Assembly: GCA_963745075.1 (NCBI GenBank)
Contig: CAVUWV010000015.1
Span: 190,088 to 254,087, forward strand
Reading direction: 5' to 3'
DNA length: 64,000 nucleotides
From: Candidatus Hydrogenedentota bacterium
Lineage (GTDB): Bacteria > Hydrogenedentota > Hydrogenedentia > Hydrogenedentales > SLHB01
Shown: piece after piece, positions 19,666-29,560 of the stretch
Position numbering within the stretch: position 1 is the stretch's first letter
Layout of the letters: each line of letters starts with the position of its first letter
The notes under the pieces: model-generated
What the model was told of the DNA's origin: nothing
The model's database searches: none
The model's input: the letters and a program-made list of their open reading frames with translations, nothing else
Position numbers and translations under genes: made by a program

Positions 19666-21207
19666 TCAGTTCTCCGAATGTTCCGGCAATCGGCCGTAAA
19701 TCTCCGTCAATTCCCGCAGCCGCTTTTCCGTGGCCGTTGTCAGCATGTCTTCGGTGAAGCGCCAGCACCAATTTCTACCGCCGGAACTGCCGGGCTGGTT
19801 CATGCGGGCTTCGGTACCGAGGCCCATGATGTCCTGGAGCGGGAAGATGACGGTGTCGGCCACCGACGCCATGGTCGCGCGGATGCAGACCCAATGAATG
19901 TCCTTGCCGGTTGTGTTCAGGTACTTCTTGGCGTACGCGCGCGCAGCTCGAATGTCCGCCTTGCTCTCGGTACTGGCGCCGGTAGCTTTCCACCAGCCGA
20001 CGGTGGTGTCGTTGTCGGCGGTGCCGGTGTACGCGACCGTATTGTGTTCCCAAAGGTGGGGGAGCAGGCCGCTGTGCGCGGCGTCTTTGCCGAAAGCGAA
20101 TTGGAGGACGGCCATACCAGGAAAATCGTGGCGATGGCGCAAATTCTCCACCTCGTCGGTAATCAGCCCGAGGTTTTCCGCCACGATGGGGAGTTCCCCA
20201 AGGGCGTTTGAAAGTGCGTGAAAGAGATTATCCCCGGGACCCGGCACCCAGCGGCCGTTGATAGCGGTATCCTCGGACGCGGGGACTTTCCAGAACGCCT
20301 CGAACCCGCGAAAATGGTCGATGCGCACGAGGTCCACCATGCGCAGCGTCGCTCGCATGCGTTCGGCCCACCAGTTAAACCCGCGCCGTTCCATCTCATC
20401 CCATCGATAAATGGGGTTGCCCCAGAGTTGACCGGTCGAGCTGAAGTAGTCGGGCGGAACACCGGCCACGACGGAGGGGTTGCCTTCGTCATCCAGATGA
20501 TACAAATCGGGATGGGACCACACGTCGGCGCTGTCATGGGCGACGTAGATGGGGATGTCGCCCATGATGTCGATTCCCCGTTCGTTGGCGTAGGACTTCA
20601 GCGCGCTCCATTGCTTGAAGAATTGAAACTGCATGAACTTCAAGACGAGGATTTCGTCCGCCAGCATTTTCCCCCAATGGCGGAGGGCATCCTCGCTTCG
20701 TTTCACGAGGTCAGCATCCCACTGGTTCCACGGTTTGCCGTTCTCGCGGTGCTTCATTGCCATGAACAGCGTGTAATCGCTCAGCCAATGGTTTTCTTTG
20801 CGGCAGAAGGCCTCGAAGGCGGGGTGATCGGGATGATTCTCGTCGGAGTGGAATCGTTCGCCGGCTTGCAGAAGTACGGACTTCTTGTACTCGATTACGG
20901 CACCGAAATCGACGCGGTCTTTTGGAAACTCGGGCGCCTTGGACAGGTCGCGTTCGTCCAGCAGACCGGTCTCGACCAGGTCTTCTAGACCGATGAGTAA
21001 GGGGTTGCCCGCGAAAGCCGAGAAACACTGGTAGGGCGAATCCCCATACCCCGTGGGGCCGAGGGGCAGCACCTGCCAGACGCGTTGGCCGGTTCGCTCG
21101 AGGAAATCGATGAATCGGTAGGCCCCGACGCCGAGGTCGCCAATACCAAACCGGCTCGGCAGCGACGTGGGGTGCAACAAGATTCCGCTGGATCGAGGAA
21201 ATCGCAC
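19666..21207 (-). CDS. malQ: 4-alpha-glucanotransferase (amylomaltase, GH77)
   Basis: SGILLHPTSLP, WQVLPLGP, GDIPIYV, GVPPDYFS, GQLWGNP, RIDHFRGF, IVAENLG. Confidence 0.96.
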   Translation of the reverse strand: MRFPRSSGILLHPTSLPSRFGIGDLGVGAYRFIDFLERTGQRVWQVLPLGPTGYGDSPYQCFSAFAGNPLLIGLEDLVETGLLDERDLSKAPEFPKDRVDFGAVIEYKKSVLLQAGERFHSDENHPDHPAFEAFCRKENHWLSDYTLFMAMKHRENGKPWNQWDADLVKRSEDALRHWGKMLADEILVLKFMQFQFFKQWSALKSYANERGIDIMGDIPIYVAHDSADVWSHPDLYHLDDEGNPSVVAGVPPDYFSSTGQLWGNPIYRWDEMERRGFNWWAERMRATLRMVDLVRIDHFRGFEAFWKVPASEDTAINGRWVPGPGDNLFHALSNALGELPIVAENLGLITDEVENLRHRHDFPGMAVLQFAFGKDAAHSGLLPHLWEHNTVAYTGTADNDTTVGWWKATGASTESKADIRAARAYAKKYLNTTGKDIHWVCIRATMASVADTVIFPLQDIMGLGTEARMNQPGSSGGRNWCWRFTEDMLTTATEKRLRELTEIYGRLPEHSEN

Positions 21208-21293
21208 AGTATACTTCCTGTTTGTAATGCCATCCTCGCCGCGAAATTATGGTGGCCGCGGCGCGAGGGATAGCGGATTTTCGTTTGCGGGCG

Positions 21294-22064
21294 CTACTTT
21301 TCCAAGGGCTCGATGCGGAGATTCCGGTACGCGACCGGACCATGATCCCCCTGAAGCATGAGCGGACCCAGCGGCCGTTCGTCGGAGAATATCGCGGCTC
21401 GAGTCGGCCCGCTGAGTTTTTCCTTCTCGTGGACGACGACGCCGTTGTGCTCGACTTTCACGAACTCGGCATCCGCGATCTTCTTGCCGTCCTTGTCAAA
21501 ACGCGGCGCTTTGAAAATGACATCGAAGCTTTGCCATTCGCCGGGCTTCTTCGAAGCGTTCACGCGCGGCGGCAGGCCCTCATACCCCCGTTCGCTGTCG
21601 TCCAGTCCGGGTTCGTCGTGCCAGCGCTGATAAATCCCCCCGCAATCGCTGTACTTGGGATGCTCCACGCCCCAACTGTCCAGCACCTGGATCTCGTAGC
21701 GTCCCTGAAAGTACACGCCCGAATTCGAATCCTTGGGGACCATGAACTCGATATGCAGTTTCACGTCGCCGTGTTCGACCCGGCTGACGAGGTGGTCGGT
21801 GTGTCCGTCTTTTCCGTTCACTACCGTACCGCCGCCGGGCGACCAATCCAGCAGTTTTTCGTTGTCCGGGTTCGTAAAGGTGTCGCCCACGATCGTCCAG
21901 TCGCCGATGGGCTCGCGGAACGAGTCGCCCAGGTTATTGACGTCGAAAAGGTTCATGGGCTCGTTCACCACCGGCGATTGAGCAGATACGCTGGGTATCC
22001 ACAGCAACACGGCCAGGAACAGGCCGGATGAAACCAGGCTTCGCGTGCGGGCACTCTCTAACAT
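21294..22064 (-). CDS. DUF1080 / 3-keto-disaccharide hydrolase domain protein, secreted
   Basis: LHIEF...NSGVYFQGRYEIQVLDS, PGEWQSFDV, GPLMLQGDHGPVAYRNLRI. Confidence 0.9.
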   Translation of the reverse strand: MLESARTRSLVSSGLFLAVLLWIPSVSAQSPVVNEPMNLFDVNNLGDSFREPIGDWTIVGDTFTNPDNEKLLDWSPGGGTVVNGKDGHTDHLVSRVEHGDVKLHIEFMVPKDSNSGVYFQGRYEIQVLDSWGVEHPKYSDCGGIYQRWHDEPGLDDSERGYEGLPPRVNASKKPGEWQSFDVIFKAPRFDKDGKKIADAEFVKVEHNGVVVHEKEKLSGPTRAAIFSDERPLGPLMLQGDHGPVAYRNLRIEPLEK

Positions 22065-22182
22065 CTCGTTTCCTCGTCCTACGGATTCTTTGTCCAATCA
22101 ACGGAGGGAGTTCTTCCCGGAGACGATCATACCTTGATCGTGTTCACGTTGTATAGATGGGAGACGGCAGGCTTTCGGGCCG

Positions 22183-22962
22183 CTATTTGAGCAGCGAGCG
22201 CACATGTTTCTGTATTGATTTGAATCCCGATCGCAGCGGCTCCGCGTCGCCCTTCACGCCGACAAAATCAATCCGGACCGTTCGCTTGCGGGGCTTGCCC
22301 CACGTCTCGGCATCAAAAGCGCCGAGCACTTCAATGCCGGCCAGGCGTATGGCCTCTTCGACTTGGCATTGGTCGTACACGCGTTCGTACAACGTATACT
22401 CATCGCCGCGGTTTACCTGGATGCGCGTTTCAACAACCTGAGTGACACGGTCATAGTCGCACCGCCAACGCGTGGAGAGTTTTCCGTCCTTTTCCGTCCA
22501 ACGTTGCCCCGCGAAATGATCCAGCACCATACGTTCCGTGACGATGTCGAAATAGAGCACACCGTCCGGTGTGAGGCAATCGGCCATCGCGCGCACCCCG
22601 GCGCTCATGTCATCGTCGGTCAGCAGGAAATTGAGGCTATCAAAGAGGCAGGTCACGTAGTTGAACGATCCCGCGAACGGCAACGCCCGGATGTCTCCCG
22701 CTGCGACGGGCCAGCGGCTTTGGTGATTCCGGCCGGCGCGCAACATGGAAATGGAGAGGTCGACGCCTGTGCTGTTCCATCGGTCGTGGAGAAGTTTGCG
22801 GAGCAAAACACCGGTTCCGCACGCGACATCGAGGTGGGTGAAGGACCGGGGGAGCAGCCCGGCAATGGCATCGGCAATCAGGTACCACCGGTCGTAATCC
22901 ACGTGCCGCATAATTCCGTCGTAGAACCGGGCAAGGTCGATAAAGGAATCCTGGGCACTCAC
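22183..22962 (-). CDS. Class I SAM-dependent methyltransferase (YqeM-like)
   Basis: ARFYD...VDY, LDVACGTG, GVDLSISML, DSLNFL. GTG start overlaps the yqeK stop (GTGA). Confidence 0.88.
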   Translation of the reverse strand: MSAQDSFIDLARFYDGIMRHVDYDRWYLIADAIAGLLPRSFTHLDVACGTGVLLRKLLHDRWNSTGVDLSISMLRAGRNHQSRWPVAAGDIRALPFAGSFNYVTCLFDSLNFLLTDDDMSAGVRAMADCLTPDGVLYFDIVTERMVLDHFAGQRWTEKDGKLSTRWRCDYDRVTQVVETRIQVNRGDEYTLYERVYDQCQVEEAIRLAGIEVLGAFDAETWGKPRKRTVRIDFVGVKGDAEPLRSGFKSIQKHVRSLLK

Positions 22963-23588
22963 TGGGGCTTTCCAGCCAGGAGCCAATTGTGAAAGGCCTG
23001 AGTCTGGGGATCGATGGCGGCGCCCTTTTCGGCGAGATGGGCGAGTTTCCCCTCCGCCGCAACGCAAAGCGCCGCATCGAATCCATCGTTATCGTAGACG
23101 CTCAGCGCTTTATCCGACATGGGATGGCGGCGTAGGGGCTCGGCGAAGTCGGCGAAAAACAGGGCTTGCCCGAGAAGACCCAACCCGGCCCGCCCGGTCA
23201 CGTGCCAGAATATTGCTTCGTAGACTTCGGGTGAATCGACACCGAGACGAGCTTGACTCTCCGCCGCGGCGACGTAGCCGTGCAGCAGGTTCGGCTTCGC
23301 CATCTGGATCGCGTTGATGGCGATTCCGTGATCGCGCGCCTTTTCCAGCATGGCGTCATTCTTCAGCCCTTTGCACGAGTCGTGCAGCAATCCGGCGGCG
23401 ACTGCGTTCGCCCGGTCCAGGGCGAGATCTCCAGCAATGACGTAGAGCACTTGCGTGACCGAAATGGAGTGGACCACCCGGCGTTCCCCCACGCAGCCGT
23501 GCAGGTATTCGAGAAATTCCGGCGCGCGTTCCACTTGTTTCCACTCGCCATTCAAGTTCTCGACCCGGGTTCTAAGCATCGCGCCCAC
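22959..23588 (-). CDS. yqeK: Bis(5'-nucleosyl)-tetraphosphatase YqeK (HD domain)
   Basis: RVVHSISV, AGLLHDSCK, LLHG, AIFWHVTG, FFADFAEP; directly downstream of nadD. Start uncertain. Confidence 0.88.
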   Translation of the reverse strand: MGAMLRTRVENLNGEWKQVERAPEFLEYLHGCVGERRVVHSISVTQVLYVIAGDLALDRANAVAAGLLHDSCKGLKNDAMLEKARDHGIAINAIQMAKPNLLHGYVAAAESQARLGVDSPEVYEAIFWHVTGRAGLGLLGQALFFADFAEPLRRHPMSDKALSVYDNDGFDAALCVAAEGKLAHLAEKGAAIDPQTQAFHNWLLAGKPQ

Positions 23589-24196
23589 CGTTCGGAGGAT
23601 TCACCGGGCACGAATCGATATACCCCGTCGCGTTCGATGATCTCGCGCACGGCCGGGGGCAGAGTCGAGGCCAAGGGGTCTCCGTCGACGATGCGGCGCC
23701 GGACTTCCGTCGACGAGATTTCCGTTGGTTCAAATTGGAGCACGTCGTAGTGGCCCCGCACCGCATCGGGGACTTCCCAATCGCCGGGCCGTGGCACAAC
23801 CAGCAGGTGGGCCCGCTCCAGAATTCGCTCGGGATCCCGCCAGCGTGGAAGGTCGATTAGGGCATCCATCCCGAGGACAAGATACAAGCCGGCTTGTGGG
23901 AATTCATTGTGTAATGCATCGAGCGTATCTGCTGTGTAGGATGGTCCCTCGCGATCCAATTCAATACGACTGGCTTCCATTTTGGATTCACTCGCCACTG
24001 CCGTTTCCACGAGACGATACCGCTCCTCCGCCGCGGCGAAGGTGGCGTCGCGTTTGTGCGGCGGTTCCCCGGCGACCACGAACAACAGCCGATCCAGATT
24101 GGCCTGCGCGACCGCCGCGCGCCCGATTTCCAAATGCGCGGCATGAATCGGATCGAAGGTCCCGCCGAAGACGCCTATACGCAGATCCTCAGCCAA
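23552..24196 (-). CDS. nadD: Nicotinate-nucleotide adenylyltransferase
   Basis: GVFGGTFDPIHAAH, PPHK, SYTADTL, ISSTEVR. Confidence 0.95.
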   Translation of the reverse strand: MAEDLRIGVFGGTFDPIHAAHLEIGRAAVAQANLDRLLFVVAGEPPHKRDATFAAAEERYRLVETAVASESKMEASRIELDREGPSYTADTLDALHNEFPQAGLYLVLGMDALIDLPRWRDPERILERAHLLVVPRPGDWEVPDAVRGHYDVLQFEPTEISSTEVRRRIVDGDPLASTLPPAVREIIERDGVYRFVPGESSERWARCLEPGSRT

Positions 24197-25481
24197 GGAC
24201 TTGACCCGAGCCCCGAATCACGTACTTGAGGGACGTCAGCTCTTTCAACGCCATGGGGCCCCGGCAATGGAGTTTGTTGGTGCTGATCCCGATTTCGGCG
24301 CCCAGCCCGAACTGAAAGCCATCGGTGAAACGCGTGGATGCGTTAACGTAGACTGTCGCGCTGTCTACATCGTTCAAGAACCGCTCGGCCGCATCGTAGC
24401 TCCGGGTCACGATCGCATCGGAGTGATGAGAACCGAATTCGTTGATATGATCGATGGCCTCCTCGATTGATTTCACGACCTTGATCGCAAGGATCTTGTC
24501 AAGGTACTCCGCCGTCCAGTCCTCTTCCGTCGCGGCGGTGCAATCGATGATTGTGCGCGTGCGTTCGCACCCGCGCAGTTCGCATCCGCCATCGCGCAGG
24601 GTCCTGCCAACGACGGGCAAGAACTGTTCCGCTACCGCTTCATGAACCAGCATGGTTTCCATGGCGTTACAGACGCCGGGCCGCTGCAGTTTGGCGTTGA
24701 CACAAATCGATTGGGCCATTTCGAGGTCCGCATCTTCGTGCACGTACGTGTGGCATACGCCGTCGAGATGGGCCACGACGGGGATCCGCGATTCGTCGTA
24801 GATTCGTGCAATGAGGTTCTTCCCGCCGCGGGGCACGATAACGTCAATATACTTGTCCAGCTTCAACATGGCGCCGACCGCGTTCCGGTCGGTAGTCGTA
24901 ATGATCTGGACCGCATGAACGGGCACGCCCGCTGCGGTGGCACCCTCCTGGAACACCTTCGCAATCGCGACGTTCGAGTGAATCGCCTCGGAGCCGCCTC
25001 TCAGGATACAGGCGTTGCCCGACTTCAGGCAAAGCGCGGCCGCGTCGGCGGTCACGTTCGGACGGCTTTCGTAAATGATGCCCACCACGCCCAACGGTTG
25101 GCGAACCTGGGCGATGCGCAGGCCGTTGGGACGAATCGTCTGACTGACGATGTCGCCAACCGGATCGGGTAACGCCGCGACCTGTTCCAAGCCTTCCGCC
25201 ATCGCGTCGATGCGTTTGTCCGCCAACTCGAGACGGTCGAGCATGGCGCTCGACAGGCCCTTTTCCCGGCCGGCGTCGAGATCCTTCTTGTTCTCCGCCT
25301 GGAGCGCTTTGCGTGCATCACGGAGCCGTTGTGCGATGCTGCGCAACGCGGCATCTTTGACAGATGAAGACAGCGAACGAAGCCGGTTGGACGCCTCGCG
25401 GGCTTGCCGGCCGATCGCTTCGATTTCCTGGTTCAAGGCGGTGCCCTTGGCTTCAATGGTCGCCACGGTATCTTCTCCCAA
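24189..25481 (-). CDS. proA: Glutamate-5-semialdehyde dehydrogenase
   Basis: IIYESRPNVT, GVCNAMETML, SHHSDAI, NASTRFTDG, GAEIGIST. Confidence 0.97.
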   Translation of the reverse strand: MGEDTVATIEAKGTALNQEIEAIGRQAREASNRLRSLSSSVKDAALRSIAQRLRDARKALQAENKKDLDAGREKGLSSAMLDRLELADKRIDAMAEGLEQVAALPDPVGDIVSQTIRPNGLRIAQVRQPLGVVGIIYESRPNVTADAAALCLKSGNACILRGGSEAIHSNVAIAKVFQEGATAAGVPVHAVQIITTTDRNAVGAMLKLDKYIDVIVPRGGKNLIARIYDESRIPVVAHLDGVCHTYVHEDADLEMAQSICVNAKLQRPGVCNAMETMLVHEAVAEQFLPVVGRTLRDGGCELRGCERTRTIIDCTAATEEDWTAEYLDKILAIKVVKSIEEAIDHINEFGSHHSDAIVTRSYDAAERFLNDVDSATVYVNASTRFTDGFQFGLGAEIGISTNKLHCRGPMALKELTSLKYVIRGSGQVLG

Positions 25482-25498
25482 TTGGCTGAGGCCGTCCG

Positions 25499-26638
25499 CT
25501 ACAGAATTACCAGATTATCGCGGTGTATGACCTCGTCAAAATCTTTTCGTCCTAGAATGGACTGAATATTTGCGCTTTTGCAACCCTTGATGCGGTTGAT
25601 CTCATCGCTCGAGTAATTGACCAGTCCCCGGGCGATGTCTTGACCTTTGGCATCGAGAATTCGCACGGCGGCCCCCATGTCGAAAGCGCCGTCGACGCTG
25701 GTAATCCCCGCCGCGAGCAGGCTTCGACCCTGGTCGAGCAAGGCCCGGCGCGCGCCGTCGTCGATCCGAATCGCACCTTTGGTCGCACGGCCGAAGGCGA
25801 TCCAGCGCTTTCGGTGGGACATGGCCTCGACCGCTTTGCCGAACGTCGTGCAAAGGGCTTTTCCATCGAGCACGTCGCGCACGATGCCCGGCCGGTGTCC
25901 GTTCGCGATCGCCATGACGTACCCCGAAGCGCACGCAATTTTTGCGGCGTCCAGCTTGGTCTTCATTCCACCAACGGACGTGGCGACTTCCGTATCGCCC
26001 GCGAGCGATTCGATTGTATCCGTCACCGTTTCCACATGGGGAATGAGTTCGGCATTCGAATGGAGGTTGGGATTCTTGTCGAACAAACCATCAACGTCGC
26101 TGAGAATAATCAGCATGTCGGCGTCCACTTTGCCGGCGACTCGCGCAGACAGGCTGTCGTTGTCGCCGAAGCGCAACTCGTCCGTCGCCACCGAGTCGTT
26201 CTCATTCACAATCGGAATGACCGATTTCAGGTCGAAAAGCGTGTGAATCGTATTGCGAATGTTGATGTAGCGTTGCCGATCGTCCAGATCCGCCGCGGAC
26301 AACAGGACCTGCGCGGCGTGGTATCCGTTTCCATACGTTTCAAACATGACCTCGTAGTAATGCATGAGGCGGGACTGCCCGACGGCGGCCGTTGCTTGTT
26401 TGAGGGGAAGCAGCTTGGGCCGTTCGGTCATCCCGAGCAGGTTCATGCCGCAGCCGATGGCGCCCGAGGAAACCATCAGCACGTTCAGGTCGCGTTCCCG
26501 TTTGAGAACGGACAATTCCTGCACGATTTGTTCCAGGATACGTCCGTCAAATCCGGTGGGCCCGGCCAGCAACGACGTGCCGACCTTTACGACGAGTGTT
26601 TTCACCCGATCGGGCAGGTTATTCGGCGTGGTACTCAA
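25499..26638 (-). CDS. proB: Glutamate 5-kinase with PUA domain
   Basis: VVKVGTS, SSGAI, AVGQ, NENDSV, FGDND, GGMKTK, C-terminal PUA (VIHRDNLV). Start (TTG 26638) uncertain. Confidence 0.96.
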   Translation of the reverse strand: MSTTPNNLPDRVKTLVVKVGTSLLAGPTGFDGRILEQIVQELSVLKRERDLNVLMVSSGAIGCGMNLLGMTERPKLLPLKQATAAVGQSRLMHYYEVMFETYGNGYHAAQVLLSAADLDDRQRYINIRNTIHTLFDLKSVIPIVNENDSVATDELRFGDNDSLSARVAGKVDADMLIILSDVDGLFDKNPNLHSNAELIPHVETVTDTIESLAGDTEVATSVGGMKTKLDAAKIACASGYVMAIANGHRPGIVRDVLDGKALCTTFGKAVEAMSHRKRWIAFGRATKGAIRIDDGARRALLDQGRSLLAAGITSVDGAFDMGAAVRILDAKGQDIARGLVNYSSDEINRIKGCKSANIQSILGRKDFDEVIHRDNLVIL

Positions 26639-27872
26639 GTTCGATATCCCCAATCACGATGGTTTCGCCTTCCTTGGCGCCCAATCGTTTTAATGCTTTA
26701 AGCAAACCCATGCGCTGAAATCGTTTCTGCAAATGGCGCACGGCCTCGTCGTTGTTGAAATCCGTCATGAGCACCGCGCGCGTCACTGCTTTCCCTTCGA
26801 TTTCAAATCCGTTATGGATACGCGCAATCTGAAACGGTGCTTCGAAGACAAACTCGACTTCCTGCTGGGGCGTTTCCTCGATGTCCTCTTCGGCCTTCAG
26901 CCGGTCAACGATGGCCCACAGATGTTCGAGGAGTTCGGGAATTCCTTCGCCGGTGGCCCCGGAGATCAGCCAAGGTCGATCGAAGTCATGCGACACGGTA
27001 TCAAATCGGGCGCGGTTCTCCGAAACGTCCGCCTTATTCAGCGCGAAAATTTTGGTCCGTCGCGCGAATAGGTCGCTGTGCTGCGCCAACTCCTTTTCCA
27101 GGACGTCCCGCGTCGCTACTGGGTCCGCGTCCCCCAAGTCGATGAGAAACAGCAGTACGCGCGTGCGTTCGATGTGGCGGAGAAAATCGTGTCCAAGCCC
27201 TTTCCCATCCGCCGCGCCTTCGATGATGCCCGGAATATCCGCGATGGTAAGCGATCGGTGATCGCTCAAAGGCGCAACGCCAAGGTTGGGGGACAGCGTC
27301 GTGAACGGGTAATCGGCGATCTTGGGACGGGCGGCGCTCACGGAGGCCAGGAAGGTCGATTTGCCTGCATTGGGGAGCCCCACCAGGCCGACCTCGGCGA
27401 TAACCTTCAGTTCCAGCACGAACCGGCGATCTTCGCCGGGCTCGCCCTTCTCGGCAAACTTGGGCGCGCGATCGGTTGACGTGGCGAATCGAGCGTTTCC
27501 CCGTCCGCCGTGACCCCCGCGTGCCGCGAGGAATTGTGCCTGGTCGTCCGTCAGGTCGGCGACAACCCTTTCCGTTTCCTCGTCTTTAATGACAGTGCCG
27601 GGAGGCACGTGAATGAAGACATCCTCGCCGGTTTTTCCGTGGCAATCGCTGCCTTGACCGTGGACGCCGTGATTGCCTTTCCAGTGGGCGTGAAACCGAA
27701 GGTCCAGGAGGGAAGAATAGCGGGAATCCGCGATGAAGTATATCGAGCCGCCGTCGCCGCCGTCACCGCCATTGGGGCCGCCCCGGGGCACGTACTTCTC
27801 GCGCCGGAAGCTGCAGCACCCATTGCCGCCCGCACCACCCGTAACCCGAATTCGTGCGCGATCGACAAACAT
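26619..27872 (-). CDS. obgE: GTPase ObgE/CgtA
   Basis: MFVDR, Gly-rich Obg fold, GLPNAGKS, YPFTT, DIPG, NKAD. Confidence 0.97.
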   Translation of the reverse strand: MFVDRARIRVTGGAGGNGCCSFRREKYVPRGGPNGGDGGDGGSIYFIADSRYSSLLDLRFHAHWKGNHGVHGQGSDCHGKTGEDVFIHVPPGTVIKDEETERVVADLTDDQAQFLAARGGHGGRGNARFATSTDRAPKFAEKGEPGEDRRFVLELKVIAEVGLVGLPNAGKSTFLASVSAARPKIADYPFTTLSPNLGVAPLSDHRSLTIADIPGIIEGAADGKGLGHDFLRHIERTRVLLFLIDLGDADPVATRDVLEKELAQHSDLFARRTKIFALNKADVSENRARFDTVSHDFDRPWLISGATGEGIPELLEHLWAIVDRLKAEEDIEETPQQEVEFVFEAPFQIARIHNGFEIEGKAVTRAVLMTDFNNDEAVRHLQKRFQRMGLLKALKRLGAKEGETIVIGDIELEYHAE

Positions 27873-27896
27873 GATAGGCAGCCATCGGCCGCAGCA

Positions 27897-28163
27897 CTAT
27901 TCGGCTGCGGCCGCCTCGACTACGTCAACACATTTGCGGTCTTTGCGCGTCTGACGAAACGCGACTACGCCGTCCTTCAGGGCGAACAAGGTGTCGTCCT
28001 TGCCGATCCCTACGTTTTGGCCGGGGTGAAATTTGGTGCCCCGTTGACGAACGAGGATATTGCCCGCACGGACCGCTTGGCCTCCGAATTTCTTGATGCC
28101 GAGGCGTTGTGCTTGGCTGTCGCGCCCGTTGCGCGAGCTGCCGCCAGCTTTCTTATGAGCCAT
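27897..28163 (-). CDS. rpmA: 50S ribosomal protein L27
   Basis: [16 protein letters not shown]...[10 protein letters not shown]. Confidence 0.98.
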   Translation of the reverse strand: MAHKKAGGSSRNGRDSQAQRLGIKKFGGQAVRAGNILVRQRGTKFHPGQNVGIGKDDTLFALKDGVVAFRQTRKDRKCVDVVEAAAAE

Positions 28164-28176
28164 GATCTATTCTCCC

Positions 28177-28488
28177 TTAGGCCTGGATGTCGCGAACTTT
28201 GAGCTGCGTGTAAGATTGCCGGTGGCCTTGTGTCCGGATATAGTTCTTGCGGCGTTTTTTCTTGAACACGCGAATTTTCTTCGCGCGATCCTGCTCGGTC
28301 ACCTCGCAGATGACTTTGGCCTTCTTCAGTTTCTTGGGATCCACCACCAGCGAATCCTCATTGGCCAGCAGACACACGTTCGACAGTTCGATCGTGTCGC
28401 CCACGGGCGCTTCGATTTTCTCGACGCGAACAACGTCGCCCTTGGCGACCTTGATCTGTTTGCCGCCCGTCGCTACCACTGCGTACAT
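28177..28488 (-). CDS. rplU: 50S ribosomal protein L21
   Basis: MYAVVATGGKQ...KKKRRKNY...GHRQ. Confidence 0.97.
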   Translation of the reverse strand: MYAVVATGGKQIKVAKGDVVRVEKIEAPVGDTIELSNVCLLANEDSLVVDPKKLKKAKVICEVTEQDRAKKIRVFKKKRRKNYIRTQGHRQSYTQLKVRDIQA

Positions 28489-28565
28489 GTTGGGTTCTCC
28501 ATCTTTACGTGCGCCCGATACGCACCCGGCCAATCACATTCTACAAAAAACGTCTCGTTCTGCGT

Positions 28566-29375
28566 TCAATGACGCGTCAAAAACTGCGCTGCGGCCGCGC
28601 GAAGCTCGGCTACGGCCGACAAAGAGGCCAGATAGCTGGACTTCGCGTTCCGCGGTGACGGCAAATTTTCCGTCATCGTCTTCATCTGCCCGAAGGCGCC
28701 TTCCGCGGTCACCTCGTGCGAGTTAACGGTGGCGTGGGGGTCCGCGATAACGCGAACCCGTGTCTCATCCGGGCCGATCCCTGCCAGACTCAACACCGCC
28801 GCGACATTTGCACTATGCGGAAACGCCCGGCACGCCTCTCGGGCGGTGCCTTCAAAAACCAGTCTTGGTTTCGTCAAACTCTCCACATCAATGTCGTGTT
28901 CGACGAGATACGGCGCGCCCGATAAGCCTCTTGGGGGCTTGCGCGTGGTCAGCGTCACGTGATGCAGTCCCGCTTCCATCGCGGCGCGGATCCCGTCGAG
29001 GCCGCACACAGCGCCCGACGGCAATCGGATCTGAACGTTGTTCTTCCGGGCCGACTCGAACAGTTCCGGGTGCTCCATCAGTCCCCCGACGCTCAAGATC
29101 AGACAGTCGCTTCGATGGCGAATGGCCGCATCCACGACATCCTTGACGACCGAGGGTTGCGCGCATTCGAGCAACAAATCGACTTTGGCTGCGGCCGCGT
29201 CGAGGTCGCATATTTCAGCATTCAAATTGAATGAATTCAAGAGAAGCGTCGCGCGTGCTTCGTCGATATCCGTCAGTGCCACGATTTGCGCGGGAATCTG
29301 GCCCCGTTGGAGGGCGATGCACAAGTCCGCTCCGATGTTGCCACAGCCGACGAGGCCCACTTTCATCTTGGACAT
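28566..29375 (-). CDS. nadX: L-aspartate dehydrogenase
   Basis: VGCGNIG, LECA, PSGAVCGLD, TRKPP, FEGTAREA...ANVAA, NSHE, ENLPS. Confidence 0.92.
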   Translation of the reverse strand: MSKMKVGLVGCGNIGADLCIALQRGQIPAQIVALTDIDEARATLLLNSFNLNAEICDLDAAAAKVDLLLECAQPSVVKDVVDAAIRHRSDCLILSVGGLMEHPELFESARKNNVQIRLPSGAVCGLDGIRAAMEAGLHHVTLTTRKPPRGLSGAPYLVEHDIDVESLTKPRLVFEGTAREACRAFPHSANVAAVLSLAGIGPDETRVRVIADPHATVNSHEVTAEGAFGQMKTMTENLPSPRNAKSSYLASLSAVAELRAAAAQFLTRH

Positions 29376-29560
29376 AGATATCCCGTCGCAAAGGCACCGG
29401 GCGAAAACGTGTCGCTCGAACGGGGCCTCTCGTTGAATTCATTGCGCCAGACACATACGGCGCACAAGTCGAATGGCGGAGGGTACCACACGATGGAGCC
29501 GCAAGTCAAACTCGTGCGGAGGCTTAAGCGCTACGGCGCTGGCGTCGTCGTCGAAACGCG

